Below the pieces are notes generated by a model. The model was given only the letters and a program-made list of their open reading frames with translations. It ran no database searches and was not told the DNA's origin. Positions 1 to 8,750 of a stretch of DNA of 41,526 nucleotides are shown one piece after another. The stretch is from Candidatus Nealsonbacteria bacterium (GTDB lineage Bacteria; Patescibacteriota; Minisyncoccia; Minisyncoccales; JAGMDC01), in the NCBI GenBank assembly GCA_030612885.1, contig JAUWMZ010000006.1:1-41526 (forward strand). The letters run 5' to 3'. The position numbers and the translations under genes were made by a program. Within the stretch, counting starts at the first letter, position 1; the number at the start of each line of letters is the position of its first letter.

Positions 1-357
1 GCTGGAACAGTCTATGATTCCCTAACAGACCTTTGCTGGGAAAAAGACGCTTCAACAAGCGGAAAAAATTGGAAAGCCGCTTTGCAGGAATGTAATGGTC
101 TGGATAGTATTTTACCTGGTACCGGTTGGCGCCTGCCAAAAACCAATGAGCTTGTTTCAATAGTAGATTACGGCTACGAAGGTTCATCTTATTGGCATAC
201 AACAAAATTTACCAACTATGAGGCTAACTACTATTGGTCCAGTACTACTAGACCTAGCAACACGAGCGGCGCCTACTTCCTGGACTTCAGCCTCGGCAAC
301 CTGCTCTACAGCAGTAAGACTGGTACTTATTATGTGGTTTGCGTTCGAGACAAATGA
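1..357 (+). CDS. DUF1566 / Lcl C-terminal (C-type-lectin-fold) domain protein, 5'-truncated by the window edge; putative DGR target
   Basis: Frame 1 is open from nt 1 (AGTVYDSLTDLCWEKD...). GWRLPKTNELVSIVDY and YWSSTT...YYVVCVRDK* are typical DUF1566 motifs. The last ~40 codons are unusually GC-rich and mostly NNC. Confidence 0.75.
   Translation, partial: AGTVYDSLTDLCWEKDASTSGKNWKAALQECNGLDSILPGTGWRLPKTNELVSIVDYGYEGSSYWHTTKFTNYEANYYWSSTTRPSNTSGAYFLDFSLGNLLYSSKTGTYYVVCVRDK
223..345 (+). other. Putative DGR variable region (VR) at the C-terminus of the DUF1566 protein; boundaries approximate because no TR is available
   Basis: Codon run aac tac..tcc..agc aac..agc ggc gcc tac ttc ctg gac ttc agc ctc ggc aac ctg ctc tac agc. 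In the 54-nt core I count about 63% G+C and 18% A, against an AT-rich background. This is the pattern expected for diversified AAC/AAT codons. Confidence 0.6.
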
Positions 358-389
358 TTCTCTGATTCCTTTCCTTAAAATAAAAATAA

Positions 390-1472
390 ATGTTTTCCTA
401 TAAAAACCTATACAATTATTATCTTAAATGCAGAAGAGGTAAAAGGAATACCATTAATGCCTTGAAATTTGAGCTTAACGCAGAGGAAAACCTTTTGAGA
501 TTGGAAGAGGAATTAGAAAGCCGCGCCTATAAACCCTCAAGATTGATTTATTTCATAATTGAAAAACCAAAACCGAGAGAGATATTCGCTTCTGATTTTA
601 GAGACCGCGTGGTTCATCATATTTTGATAAACCGCTTAGAACCAATCTGGGAACCGAAATTCATTTATGACTCCTACGCCTGCCGTCAAGGAAAAGGAAC
701 ACACCGGGCAGTTGCCAGATTGCAAGCTTTTACCAGAAAGATTTCTTTAAACGGAGAAAAACCAGCTTTTTTTATGAAGTTAGACATTAAAAGCTTTTTT
801 GTCAGCATTGACCGCAAGATACTTTATAATTTGATTAAAAAGGAGATTAAAGACGAAAACATTTTATGGCTTATAAAGGTGATTATATTCTATGAATGCA
901 CTAAAAATTTTGTTTTTAAAGGAAATGAAAAACTGAAAAAATTAATACCTTATCAGAAATCTTTATTCCAAAACGAAGGCAGCGGCAAGGGACTGCCCAT
1001 CGGAAATTTAACCAGCCAGTTTTTTGCCAATATTTATCTCAACCAGATAGACCAATTTATTAAGCATAATTTAAAATGCAGATATTATATTCGCTATGTT
1101 GACGACTTTGTATTATTGGATAGAAACAAAAATCAGCTGGTAAAATGGAAAACAGCGATAGACAATTTTTTAAAAAAAGAATTAAATATAGTTCTTAATC
1201 CCAAGAAACAAAGCATTTCGCTTATAACAAATGGAATAAATTTTTTAGGATATATTATAAGGCCTAATTATATTTTAGTTAGAAAAAGAGTGGTTAACAA
1301 TTTTAAAAGGAAACTTTTTGAAGCAGAAAGAAAAATAAAAAATAGAGAATTTTTAGATTGGGGTTTACTCCAAGCCACCTTTAATAGCTATTTTGCTCAT
1401 TTTAATCATGCCAATAGCTATGGATTAAAAGAAAAATTTACATTAAAATTAAATCAGTGTTATAATAATTAA
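390..1472 (+). CDS. Reverse transcriptase, diversity-generating retroelement (DGR) type
   Basis: 360 aa. FRDRVVHHIL, DSYACRQGKGTH, LPIGNLTSQFFANIYL (nt 999-1019; the [ILV]GxxxSQ motif distinguishes DGR RTs from the QGxxxSP of group II intron RTs) and the YVDD catalytic box (nt 1095-1106). Confidence 0.88.
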   Translation: MFSYKNLYNYYLKCRRGKRNTINALKFELNAEENLLRLEEELESRAYKPSRLIYFIIEKPKPREIFASDFRDRVVHHILINRLEPIWEPKFIYDSYACRQGKGTHRAVARLQAFTRKISLNGEKPAFFMKLDIKSFFVSIDRKILYNLIKKEIKDENILWLIKVIIFYECTKNFVFKGNEKLKKLIPYQKSLFQNEGSGKGLPIGNLTSQFFANIYLNQIDQFIKHNLKCRYYIRYVDDFVLLDRNKNQLVKWKTAIDNFLKKELNIVLNPKKQSISLITNGINFLGYIIRPNYILVRKRVVNNFKRKLFEAERKIKNREFLDWGLLQATFNSYFAHFNHANSYGLKEKFTLKLNQCYNN

Positions 1473-1475
1473 AAA

Positions 1476-2813
1476 ATGAGAATATCAAGAATTATTATTT
1501 TATTACTTTTCTGCTTAGCGGGACAGCTAATATCCACTGGTTTTGCTTTTGCCTCAACCACAGATGGCACTATTGATTCAACTTATAAATACGCTTGGTC
1601 TGAAAATGCTGGCTGGATTAATTTTAGCACCACTAATGGTGATGTTCACATTACAGATTCCGGGCTTTCCGGATATGCTTTGAGCGAAACTATTGGCTGG
1701 ATATATTTGGGCGATGTAACCAATGATGGCGAGGGAAATTTGTCCGGCTTTGCTTGGTCTGAAAATGCTGGCTGGATAAAATTCAATCCAACTAGCGGCG
1801 GTGTAGTTATTAATTCTTACGGTGAATTTACTGGCTCTGCTTTGGGCGAGAACATCGGCTGGATTATTTTTGACGGGGACTACACAGTCAAAACCGACTG
1901 GCGGCCGAGAAGCGCCAGACCTGCCTGCAATAACGCGACTGATGATGACAGTGACGGTAAAACTGATTATCCTAATGACCCGGGCTGTGATTCTTTAGAT
2001 GATAATGACGAAACAGATCCAAGCAGCGGTGGTGGTATGCCGCCAGCAGCGTATTCTCCTCCTTCCTCGCCTTCTCCTTCTTCTCAAAATCCTAAAGGTG
2101 AATTTAATATCCTAATCAATAATAATGATGAATATACAGATAAATTAGAAGTTAATCTGACCTTATTGGCTGGCAAAGATACCAAAAGAATGTCAATCTC
2201 TAATTTCTCTGACTTCAGAAATGCTTCCCAGATTCCTTATGAAGAAAAGATAAACTGGAATTTATGTTCAGAATTAGGAGGTCAGACCTCCCCTGACTCC
2301 TGTTCAGAAGGCGAATATACTGTTTACGCTAAATTCTATACTCAATGGGGTCAGTCATCGCAGATTGTTTCAGACAGCACTATTTATCAAGAAGAAGAGA
2401 AGAAAGAACCTGTCCCAGAAATGAACATTAGTGAACTGAAAGCCAAAATTGCTGAGATAACCGCTCTAATATCTGGATTACAATCTCGGTTAGCTGAAGT
2501 TTTAGGTAAAGTTAGTTATGAAGGTTGTGCTATTACCAGCTTTGACCGTAATCTTTCTCAAGGAATGATTGGTGATGATGTGAAATGCTTACAGATTATT
2601 CTGAATAGTGACCCTAAGACAAGATTAGCTGATTCTGGCGTTGGTTCTCCATGGAATGAGACCAATTACTTTGGTTCCTTGACTAAATCCGCGGTTATTC
2701 GCTTTCAAGAAAAATATGCTGATGAAATTTTATCTTACTGGGAATTAATTAAAGGAACCGGTTTTGTGGGTAAAACCACCAGAGATAAAATTAATGAATT
2801 TTTGGATCGTTAA
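1476..2813 (+). CDS. Secreted repeat protein with C-terminal peptidoglycan-binding domain
   Basis: N-terminal signal/TM (IIILLLFCLAGQLISTGFAFA). Repeated AWSENAGWI(N/K)F / GWI motifs, a D-rich CNNATDDDSDGKTDYPNDPGCD motif and a P/S linker. C-terminal PG_binding_1-like GDDVKCLQIILN...FGSLTKSAVIRFQEKY. Confidence 0.6.
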   Translation: MRISRIIILLLFCLAGQLISTGFAFASTTDGTIDSTYKYAWSENAGWINFSTTNGDVHITDSGLSGYALSETIGWIYLGDVTNDGEGNLSGFAWSENAGWIKFNPTSGGVVINSYGEFTGSALGENIGWIIFDGDYTVKTDWRPRSARPACNNATDDDSDGKTDYPNDPGCDSLDDNDETDPSSGGGMPPAAYSPPSSPSPSSQNPKGEFNILINNNDEYTDKLEVNLTLLAGKDTKRMSISNFSDFRNASQIPYEEKINWNLCSELGGQTSPDSCSEGEYTVYAKFYTQWGQSSQIVSDSTIYQEEEKKEPVPEMNISELKAKIAEITALISGLQSRLAEVLGKVSYEGCAITSFDRNLSQGMIGDDVKCLQIILNSDPKTRLADSGVGSPWNETNYFGSLTKSAVIRFQEKYADEILSYWELIKGTGFVGKTTRDKINEFLDR

Positions 2814-2847
2814 AAATTGTTGATGTCAAACATCAACAGTAGGAATT

Positions 2848-2872
2848 AAGACCATTAGGGTCTTTTCTTTTT
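2848..2872 (+). terminator. Rho-independent terminator
   Basis: aagaccattagggtctt hairpin followed by ttctttttt. It is preceded by a second hairpin, gttgatgtcaaacatcaac (2819-2837). Confidence 0.6.
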
Positions 2873-2896
2873 GATAAAATTTGATAAAATGAAGTT

Positions 2897-4669
2897 ATGG
2901 ATTCTAATAAACTACGCAAGAAATTTTTAGATTTTTTTAAAGAAAAAAGTCATAAAATCGTATCGTCTTCTTCTTTGCTGCCTTCTGATTCTACTGTTCT
3001 ATTTACTACTGCTGGAATGCAGCAGTTTTCCCAGTACTTGTCCGGAGAAAAAAACCCTTTAAAAGATTTCAAAACCAGACATTTAGTTGATTGCCAGAAG
3101 TGCTTTCGCAGTGATGATATTGAAGAAATAGGCGATGACACACATAACACCTTTTTTGAGATGTTGGGAAACTGGTCAATTGGCCAGGACGAGAAAGGAA
3201 ATTATTTTAAAGAAGGAGCAATTAAATATGCTTTGGAATTTTTAATAAATGAACTCAAGTTAGATAAAAATAAATTTTATATTACTATTTTCAGGGGGAA
3301 TAAAGATATTCCAAGAGATGGAGAGTCAGAAAAAATTTGGCAAGATAATGGAATTCCTAAAGAAAAAATAAAAGAATTCAGTGAAAAAGATAATCTCTGG
3401 GGTCCTGTTGGTAAAACAGGCGTCTGCGGTCCTAATTCAGAAATCCATTATGACAGAGGCGAAGAATTCGGCTGCAAAGAGCCAGATTGCGGACCTAATT
3501 GTTCCAGATGTCAGCGATTTGTAGAGATATGGAACCTTGTTTTTATCCAGTATTATAAAGATGAAAAAGGCAGTTACCAGAAACTTTCTCAAAAGAGTGT
3601 AGATACTGGGCTTGGGTTTGAAAGGGTAGCAGCGATTTTACAAGAAAAAACTTCGGCTTATGAGACAGATTTATTTTTACCTGTTATTCAGGAAATAGAA
3701 AAACTTTGTTCTAAAAAATATGAAGAAAACAAAAAATATTTCAGAATAATAGCTGACCATATTCGGGGTTCAGTTTTTTTAATTAGTGAAGGATTTTTTC
3801 CCTCTAATGTAGAGCAGGGATATGTTTTAAGGCGGATTTTGAGAAGAGCTATCCGTTATGGTAAGATAATAGAAGCAAAGCCAGGATTTTTAATTCCTTT
3901 AGCAAATAAAACTATTGAAATATATAAAGATGTTTATCCCGAAGTTTTTTCCAAGCAAGCAGATATCTTAACTGTTATTCAGAAAGAGGAAGAGAAATTT
4001 GAAAAATCTTTAGAAAAAGGACTAAAAGAATTTAAAGCTCAAAGCTCAAAATCCAAAGCTATTTCAGGTAAAGTTGCTTTTAACTTGTACCAGAGTTTCG
4101 GTTTTCCTTTAGAAATAACAAAAGAGATGGCTAAAGAAGAAGGTTTAGAAGTGGATGAGAAAGAATTTCAGGAAGAATTAAAAAAGCATCAAGAAGTTTC
4201 CAGAGCAGGAAGAGAAAAAAAGTTTGGCGGCGGGGGAAAGTTTTCTTCAAAACTCCACACCGCTACTCATCTTCTTCATGGTGCTTTGAGAAAAGTTTTA
4301 GGAGATAAGGTTAAGCAAATGGGTTCTGATATTACTTCAGAGAGATTAAGATTTGATTTTTCTTTTGAAAGGAAATTATCTCCAGAGGAACTCAAAAAAG
4401 TTGAGGACTTAGTTAATGAAAAAATAAAAGAAGATTTAGAAGTCAAACAAAAAGAAATGTCTTTAGAACAAGCGTTGAAAACAGGCGCCTTAGCTTTCTT
4501 CAAAGAAAAATATCCAGAAAGAGTAACAGTTTATTCAATTCAGGCTTTCTCTAAAGAAATTTGCGCCGGGCCTCATGTAAAGAAAACTGGAGAATTGGGA
4601 AAATTTAAAATCATAAAAGAAGAATCAAGCAGCGCTGACATTAGAAGGATAAAAGCTATTTTAGAATAA
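2897..4669 (+). CDS. alaS: Alanine--tRNA ligase, short form (590 aa, no C-Ala domain)
   Basis: N-terminus KFLDFFKEKSHKIVSSSSLLPSDSTVLFTTAGMQQF, WNLVFIQY, and editing-site HTATHLLHGALR and CAGPHV motifs. About 280 aa shorter than typical bacterial AlaRS. Confidence 0.9.
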   Translation: MDSNKLRKKFLDFFKEKSHKIVSSSSLLPSDSTVLFTTAGMQQFSQYLSGEKNPLKDFKTRHLVDCQKCFRSDDIEEIGDDTHNTFFEMLGNWSIGQDEKGNYFKEGAIKYALEFLINELKLDKNKFYITIFRGNKDIPRDGESEKIWQDNGIPKEKIKEFSEKDNLWGPVGKTGVCGPNSEIHYDRGEEFGCKEPDCGPNCSRCQRFVEIWNLVFIQYYKDEKGSYQKLSQKSVDTGLGFERVAAILQEKTSAYETDLFLPVIQEIEKLCSKKYEENKKYFRIIADHIRGSVFLISEGFFPSNVEQGYVLRRILRRAIRYGKIIEAKPGFLIPLANKTIEIYKDVYPEVFSKQADILTVIQKEEEKFEKSLEKGLKEFKAQSSKSKAISGKVAFNLYQSFGFPLEITKEMAKEEGLEVDEKEFQEELKKHQEVSRAGREKKFGGGGKFSSKLHTATHLLHGALRKVLGDKVKQMGSDITSERLRFDFSFERKLSPEELKKVEDLVNEKIKEDLEVKQKEMSLEQALKTGALAFFKEKYPERVTVYSIQAFSKEICAGPHVKKTGELGKFKIIKEESSSADIRRIKAILE

Positions 4670-4670
4670 A

Positions 4671-5906
4671 ATGAAAAAAATATTTGATATCATTCCTCCT
4701 AAAAAAAATAATTTAGATAATTCTTTATCTAAACAAAGAGAGGAATCTTTTAAACAAGAAAAGAAAAATATTTCTTTTCCTAAAAAGAAAGCTGTTTTCT
4801 TATTGTTCATTTTTATCTTTTTAGGTGTTTTTATACACATCACTTTTTCTAAAGCAGAGATAAGAATTTGGCCGGAAACAGAATTATTGAGTTTTGAAGA
4901 TGAGATTACTGTAAATTCAAAGGCTACTAAACCAGATTTTTCAGAAAATACTATTCCTGGAAAGACTATTGAGGAAGAAAAAGAAATTAGTCAGCAATTT
5001 CCAGCCACTGGTTCTGTTTCCAAAAAAGCCAAAGGCATTATTCAGGTTTATAACGCTTATTCTACTTCTTCCCAGGTTTTAGTGGCAACAACAAGATTTG
5101 TTTCTGCTTCAGGAAAGTTGTTCCGCACTCCCAAAAAAGTGACGATACCAGGCGGCCATTATGAGAAAGGAAAGTTAGTTCTAGGTCAAATTGACATTGA
5201 AGTAATTGCTGATCAACCTGGTGAAGATTATAATATTGAACCGACTACTTTTTCTATCCCTGGCTTTGCCGGAACAGCCAAATTTACTTTTTTTTATGCT
5301 AAGTCCTTTTCTAATATGACAGGAGGAGGGACAGTTGCTCAAGTTACTGAAAAAGATTTAGAAAGAGCGGAAAAAGTTTTATTAGACAGTTTAGAAAAAG
5401 CAGGCAATGACTCTTTATTAATGAAAGCGGGAGAGGGATTCATTTTACTAGATAAAGCCTTAAAGCAGGAATCTCAAGAATCGTCTTCATCAGTTGAGGC
5501 GGGAAGAGAAGCAGAAAATTTTAATTACAAAGTTAAGATAAAATCAAAGGTATTAGTGTTTAAAGAACAGGACCTTAAAGATTTTGCTAAAAACTATATT
5601 TCTTCTCAAATTGAAGAAGATAAGAAATTACATACTGAAAGCATTGAAACAAATTATTCTGCTAAAAAAATTGATTTAGAATCCGGCAAAATAAACCTCT
5701 TCTTAGAATTTTCAGGTGACATTTATTCTGACATTGATGTCTTGTCTTTGAAAAGGGCTTTGAGTAATAAATTGTTTGATGAAGCAAAAATACTTTTAGA
5801 GAACCAATTAGGAATCACTTCTTTTCAAATAGAACTCTATCCTTTTTGGCTTAAAAGAGTTCCAGACAATATAGATAAAATTAGTGTTGACTTAATAGTT
5901 GACTAG
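4671..5906 (+). CDS. Hypothetical membrane-anchored protein
   Basis: 411-aa ORF starting 2 nt after the alaS stop. Single N-terminal TM ([19 protein letters not shown]). No motif I recognise. Confidence 0.5.
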   Translation: MKKIFDIIPPKKNNLDNSLSKQREESFKQEKKNISFPKKKAVFLLFIFIFLGVFIHITFSKAEIRIWPETELLSFEDEITVNSKATKPDFSENTIPGKTIEEEKEISQQFPATGSVSKKAKGIIQVYNAYSTSSQVLVATTRFVSASGKLFRTPKKVTIPGGHYEKGKLVLGQIDIEVIADQPGEDYNIEPTTFSIPGFAGTAKFTFFYAKSFSNMTGGGTVAQVTEKDLERAEKVLLDSLEKAGNDSLLMKAGEGFILLDKALKQESQESSSSVEAGREAENFNYKVKIKSKVLVFKEQDLKDFAKNYISSQIEEDKKLHTESIETNYSAKKIDLESGKINLFLEFSGDIYSDIDVLSLKRALSNKLFDEAKILLENQLGITSFQIELYPFWLKRVPDNIDKISVDLIVD

Positions 5907-5934
5907 TTTCAAGAAATTTGTTAATCTTAACCAA

Positions 5935-6168
5935 ATGGGAGATTTAAATAATAAAAATTCACAGAAAATAAGAAAAGAGGGAATAGTTTTAGAAACTCTG
6001 CCCAGTTTAAAATTTAAAGTAAAGTTAGATGATGGAAAAGAAATATTAGCCCATTTAGCCGGTCGGTTGCGTATGTACAGAATTAAAATTTTAGCCGGAG
6101 ACAAAGTTACTATAGAAATGACCCCTTATGACGAAAATAGAGGGAGGATTGTCTATAGAGGAAAATGA
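5935..6168 (+). CDS. infA: Translation initiation factor IF-1
   Basis: [64 protein letters not shown] prefer the ATG at 5935 to the upstream TTG at 5899 given in the ORF track. Confidence 0.9.
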   Translation: MGDLNNKNSQKIRKEGIVLETLPSLKFKVKLDDGKEILAHLAGRLRMYRIKILAGDKVTIEMTPYDENRGRIVYRGK

Positions 6169-6254
6169 TCAACGAATAACTTATCTTTTACAAGTTTACG
6201 AGTAAAATTAAAAGTTGATTTTGAAATTAAAGATAATTTGAATATAATTAAAAT

Positions 6255-6479
6255 ATGGCTACTATTACTATTCCAAAAACAGAATATCAACAGTTATTAA
6301 AGAAAGCTCTTCGTTATGAGTATCTGCGGCAAACAATGGAAGAAGATATTTTTACATCTCCTCCTGTTCGTGATGTTGAAAAAATACTTCAAGAATTCAA
6401 AGAAACAAATTTATACAGCCAAAAATTTCTTAATAGTTTAAAACGGGGACTGAAACGATCCTCCTGTTTTGGGAAATAA
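6255..6479 (+). CDS. Hypothetical small protein, possibly an antitoxin-like partner of the following truncated ORF
   Basis: 74-aa ORF. Its stop is 1 nt before an ATG opening a 39-codon ORF, which is toxin-antitoxin-like gene packing. No motif identified with certainty. Confidence 0.35.
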   Translation: MATITIPKTEYQQLLKKALRYEYLRQTMEEDIFTSPPVRDVEKILQEFKETNLYSQKFLNSLKRGLKRSSCFGK

Positions 6480-6480
6480 A

Positions 6481-6600
6481 ATGAAGATTTTGCCTATTCA
6501 TTCAGAGATTGAAACATATTTGAAGAAGCATAATCTTGAAAGAAAATTTGAAAAACAAAAATTATGCGAAGATCAATTGAAAAAAGAGAACCGAAAATAG
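6481..6600 (+). pseudogene. Possible truncated RelE/YafQ-like toxin remnant
   Basis: MKILPIHSEIETYLKKHNLERKFEKQKL... resembles the N-terminus of small RelE/ParE-superfamily toxins but stops after 39 codons. Downstream DNA (6564-6839) holds further broken reading frames. Confidence 0.25.
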
Positions 6601-6977
6601 AAAAAGCAAAAGAAGAAGATTATGCGTCAACTGTAGAGGAATTAAGGAAAAAATATATTGCAATTGCCTGAGAGAGGCGAAAGAAAAGAGGATCGGACCC
6701 AGATGCTCCCCAGGATGAAAGGCAGATTAGAACAAATTGGGATTATCTTACGTTAGAAGAAGAAAAGGAATATGAGCAAAAGAAGAAAGAGATAGAAGAA
6801 AGAGAGGGGTTAGCAAAAGCGACAGAGGAAGAAAAATAATTTTTGGATTTTAATAATAAGGTAAAATTATTAAATATTATCGCTTAAGAGCGAAAGTTTT
6901 TGATTTAAATTTGATTTTTGTGAGAATTTATGATAAGTTATTCGTATATTCGTATTTATTCGTAATTCGTAGAGTTT

Positions 6978-7094
6978 ATGAAAGTTAGGGCATCGGTAAA
7001 AAAAATTTGTAAAGATTGTAAAGTCGTCCGAAGAAAAGGGCGAGTTTATATTATTTGTTCTAAAAATCCGAAGCATAAACAACGCCAAGGATAA
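6978..7094 (+). CDS. rpmJ: 50S ribosomal protein L36
   Basis: Not in the ORF track (<60 aa). Hand translation gives [38 protein letters not shown]. The 79-aa antisense ORF 6870-7109 is spurious. Confidence 0.9.
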   Translation: MKVRASVKKICKDCKVVRRKGRVYIICSKNPKHKQRQG

Positions 7095-7095
7095 C

Positions 7096-7188
7096 CTTTT
7101 GCTTCGCAAAAGGAATTTCTAATTTCTAATTTCTAATAAATTTCTAATTTTTTAATTTCTAATTGAAAATTATTAAATTGAAAATTTT
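7096..7188. repeat. GC hairpin plus AT-rich heptamer array (aatttct / ttgaaaa units) filling the rpmJ-rpsM spacer
   Basis: ccttttgc-ttc-gcaaaagg perfect 8-bp hairpin (7096-7114), then aatttctaatttctaatttctaat...aattgaaaattattaaattgaaaatttt running up to the rpsM ATG. No Shine-Dalgarno. Confidence 0.7.
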
Positions 7189-7578
7189 ATGCCGCGTATA
7201 GCAGGGGTTAATATCCCGGAAAACAAACAAATAGAAATTGCTTTAACCTATATTTATGGAATAGGTTCGTCTTTGGCTAGAAAAATTTTAGCAGAAGCCA
7301 AAATTGATCCTTACAATCAGGCTTCAAAGCTAACTCCGGAACAAATTAATTTACTTAGGGAAATTATTGAAAAGAATTATAAAATTGAGGGAGATCTACG
7401 ACGGGAGAGAATAGTGGCTATAAAACGTCTGAAAGATATTAGTTGTTTAAGAGGAATTCGCCACATCAAAGGTTTGCCAGTAAGAGGCCAAAGGACTAAA
7501 AGTAATAGTAGAACTATTCGCGGTAATGTGAGAAAAACAGTTGGTAGTGGAAGAAAACCTGCCCCAACACCAAAATAA
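7189..7578 (+). CDS. rpsM: 30S ribosomal protein S13
   Basis: MPRIAGVNIPENKQIEIALTYIYGIG... Confidence 0.95.
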   Translation: MPRIAGVNIPENKQIEIALTYIYGIGSSLARKILAEAKIDPYNQASKLTPEQINLLREIIEKNYKIEGDLRRERIVAIKRLKDISCLRGIRHIKGLPVRGQRTKSNSRTIRGNVRKTVGSGRKPAPTPK

Positions 7579-7579
7579 C

Positions 7580-8032
7580 ATGGGTAAGAAACGTATTATT
7601 CAAAAAACCGAAAAAGAGTTGATTGAAGAAAGAGAGAAAGTAGACGCAGCTGTAAAAAAAGAAGCAAAAATTCAACCTTCTAAAAAAGTGAAAGAAGGTA
7701 GAGTTTGTATTGCTTCCTCTTATAATAATACGATTATTAGTTTAACTGATTTAGAGGGAAATATTTTAACTTGGGCAAGCGCTGGTAATATTGGCTTCAA
7801 GGGAACAAAAAAAGCCACTCCTTTTGCTGCTTCAAAAGTGGCTGAGGCATTGGTTCAGCGGGCTAGAAAAATAGGGATAGAAAGAGTGCAAATAATAGTA
7901 AAAGGTATTGGCAGCGGCAGAGATTCAGCCATTAGATCATTAGCCAACAAAGGTCTTGATATTCTATCTATTGAAGATGTTACGCCTATACCTCATAACG
8001 GATGCAGGCCTAGAAAAGCAAGAAGAGTCTAA
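7580..8032 (+). CDS. rpsK: 30S ribosomal protein S11 (with N-terminal K/E-rich extension)
   Basis: GRVCIASSYNNTIISLTDLEGNILTWASAGNIGFKGTKKATPFAA...CRPRKARRV. ATG at 7580 chosen; the ORF-track start at 7541 overlaps rpsM. Confidence 0.93.
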   Translation: MGKKRIIQKTEKELIEEREKVDAAVKKEAKIQPSKKVKEGRVCIASSYNNTIISLTDLEGNILTWASAGNIGFKGTKKATPFAASKVAEALVQRARKIGIERVQIIVKGIGSGRDSAIRSLANKGLDILSIEDVTPIPHNGCRPRKARRV

Positions 8033-8093
8033 CCACTAATAAAATCACGAATAAAAATCACGAATATCCACTAATAATTATTCGTGATAATTT
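8033..8093. repeat. AT-rich imperfect palindrome (cactaat / atcacgaat units) in the rpsK-rpsD spacer
   Basis: ccactaataaaatcacgaataaaaatcacgaatatccactaataattattcgtgataattt. atcacgaata pairs with tattcgtgat. Confidence 0.65.
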
Positions 8094-8750
8094 GTGAGAA
8101 GATTAGTGAAAATATTTGTGGTAGTAAACAATAAATGTAAAATTTGTCGTAGAGCAGGAGTTAAACTTTTTTTAAAAGGGGAACGTTGTTTTTCTCCGAA
8201 ATGCGCAATGATAAAAAAACCTTATTCGCCGGGCAGGAAACTGAAAAGAAAAGTTCGGACTCTTTCTGAGTATGGAAAAGAATTAAAAGAAAAACAAAAG
8301 CTTAAGAATTGGTATAATTTAAGTGAAGAGCAATTCAGTAAATATGTAAAAAAGGCATTAGGAAAAAGAGGAAAAGTAGAGGATGCTGGAACTTTTCTTA
8401 TAAAAGAGTTAGAGAGCCGTTTTGATAATGTAATTTTCAAATTAGGCTGGGCTTCTTCCCATTCTCAAGCTCGTCAAATGATTTCTCACAAGCATTTTTT
8501 AGTTAACGGAAAAATAGTTAATATACCTTCTTATAGCTTAAAAAAAGGAGACAAAATCATTATTCGTCCTTCTTCTCTTAAATTAAATATTTTTCAGAAT
8601 CTTCCTACTACTTTAAAAAAATATCAACCCCCTTCTTGGTTAGAGCTTAATTTAGAAAGGATGGAAGGAAAAGTTAAAGAAGAACCCTTAGTAGAAGAAT
8701 CAGATTTACCAGCTGAAATTTCTATAATCTTTGAATATTACTCAAGATAA
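8094..8750 (+). CDS. rpsD: 30S ribosomal protein S4
   Basis: CKICRRAGVKLFLKGERCFSPKCAMIKKPYSPG and an S4 domain. Start uncertain: the GTG at 8118 gives a more canonical N-terminus than 8094. Confidence 0.9.
   Translation: MRRLVKIFVVVNNKCKICRRAGVKLFLKGERCFSPKCAMIKKPYSPGRKLKRKVRTLSEYGKELKEKQKLKNWYNLSEEQFSKYVKKALGKRGKVEDAGTFLIKELESRFDNVIFKLGWASSHSQARQMISHKHFLVNGKIVNIPSYSLKKGDKIIIRPSSLKLNIFQNLPTTLKKYQPPSWLELNLERMEGKVKEEPLVEESDLPAEISIIFEYYSR

Noticed and set aside
1593-1778. The duplicated 26-nt segment inside ORF 1476-2813 as a DGR TR/VR pair
   Set aside because: The two copies are identical, not differing at adenines. Both are inside one ORF encoding a structural repeat, and neither resembles the VR at 223-345.
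6669-6671. In-frame TGA in the 6564-6839 frame as evidence for UGA recoding (genetic code 25, as in Gracilibacteria/SR1)
   Set aside because: TGA clearly terminates conserved genes at their expected ends here (DUF1566 gene, infA, nusG, gyrB, pgeF). The genome uses the standard code, so the frame is more likely a decayed gene.
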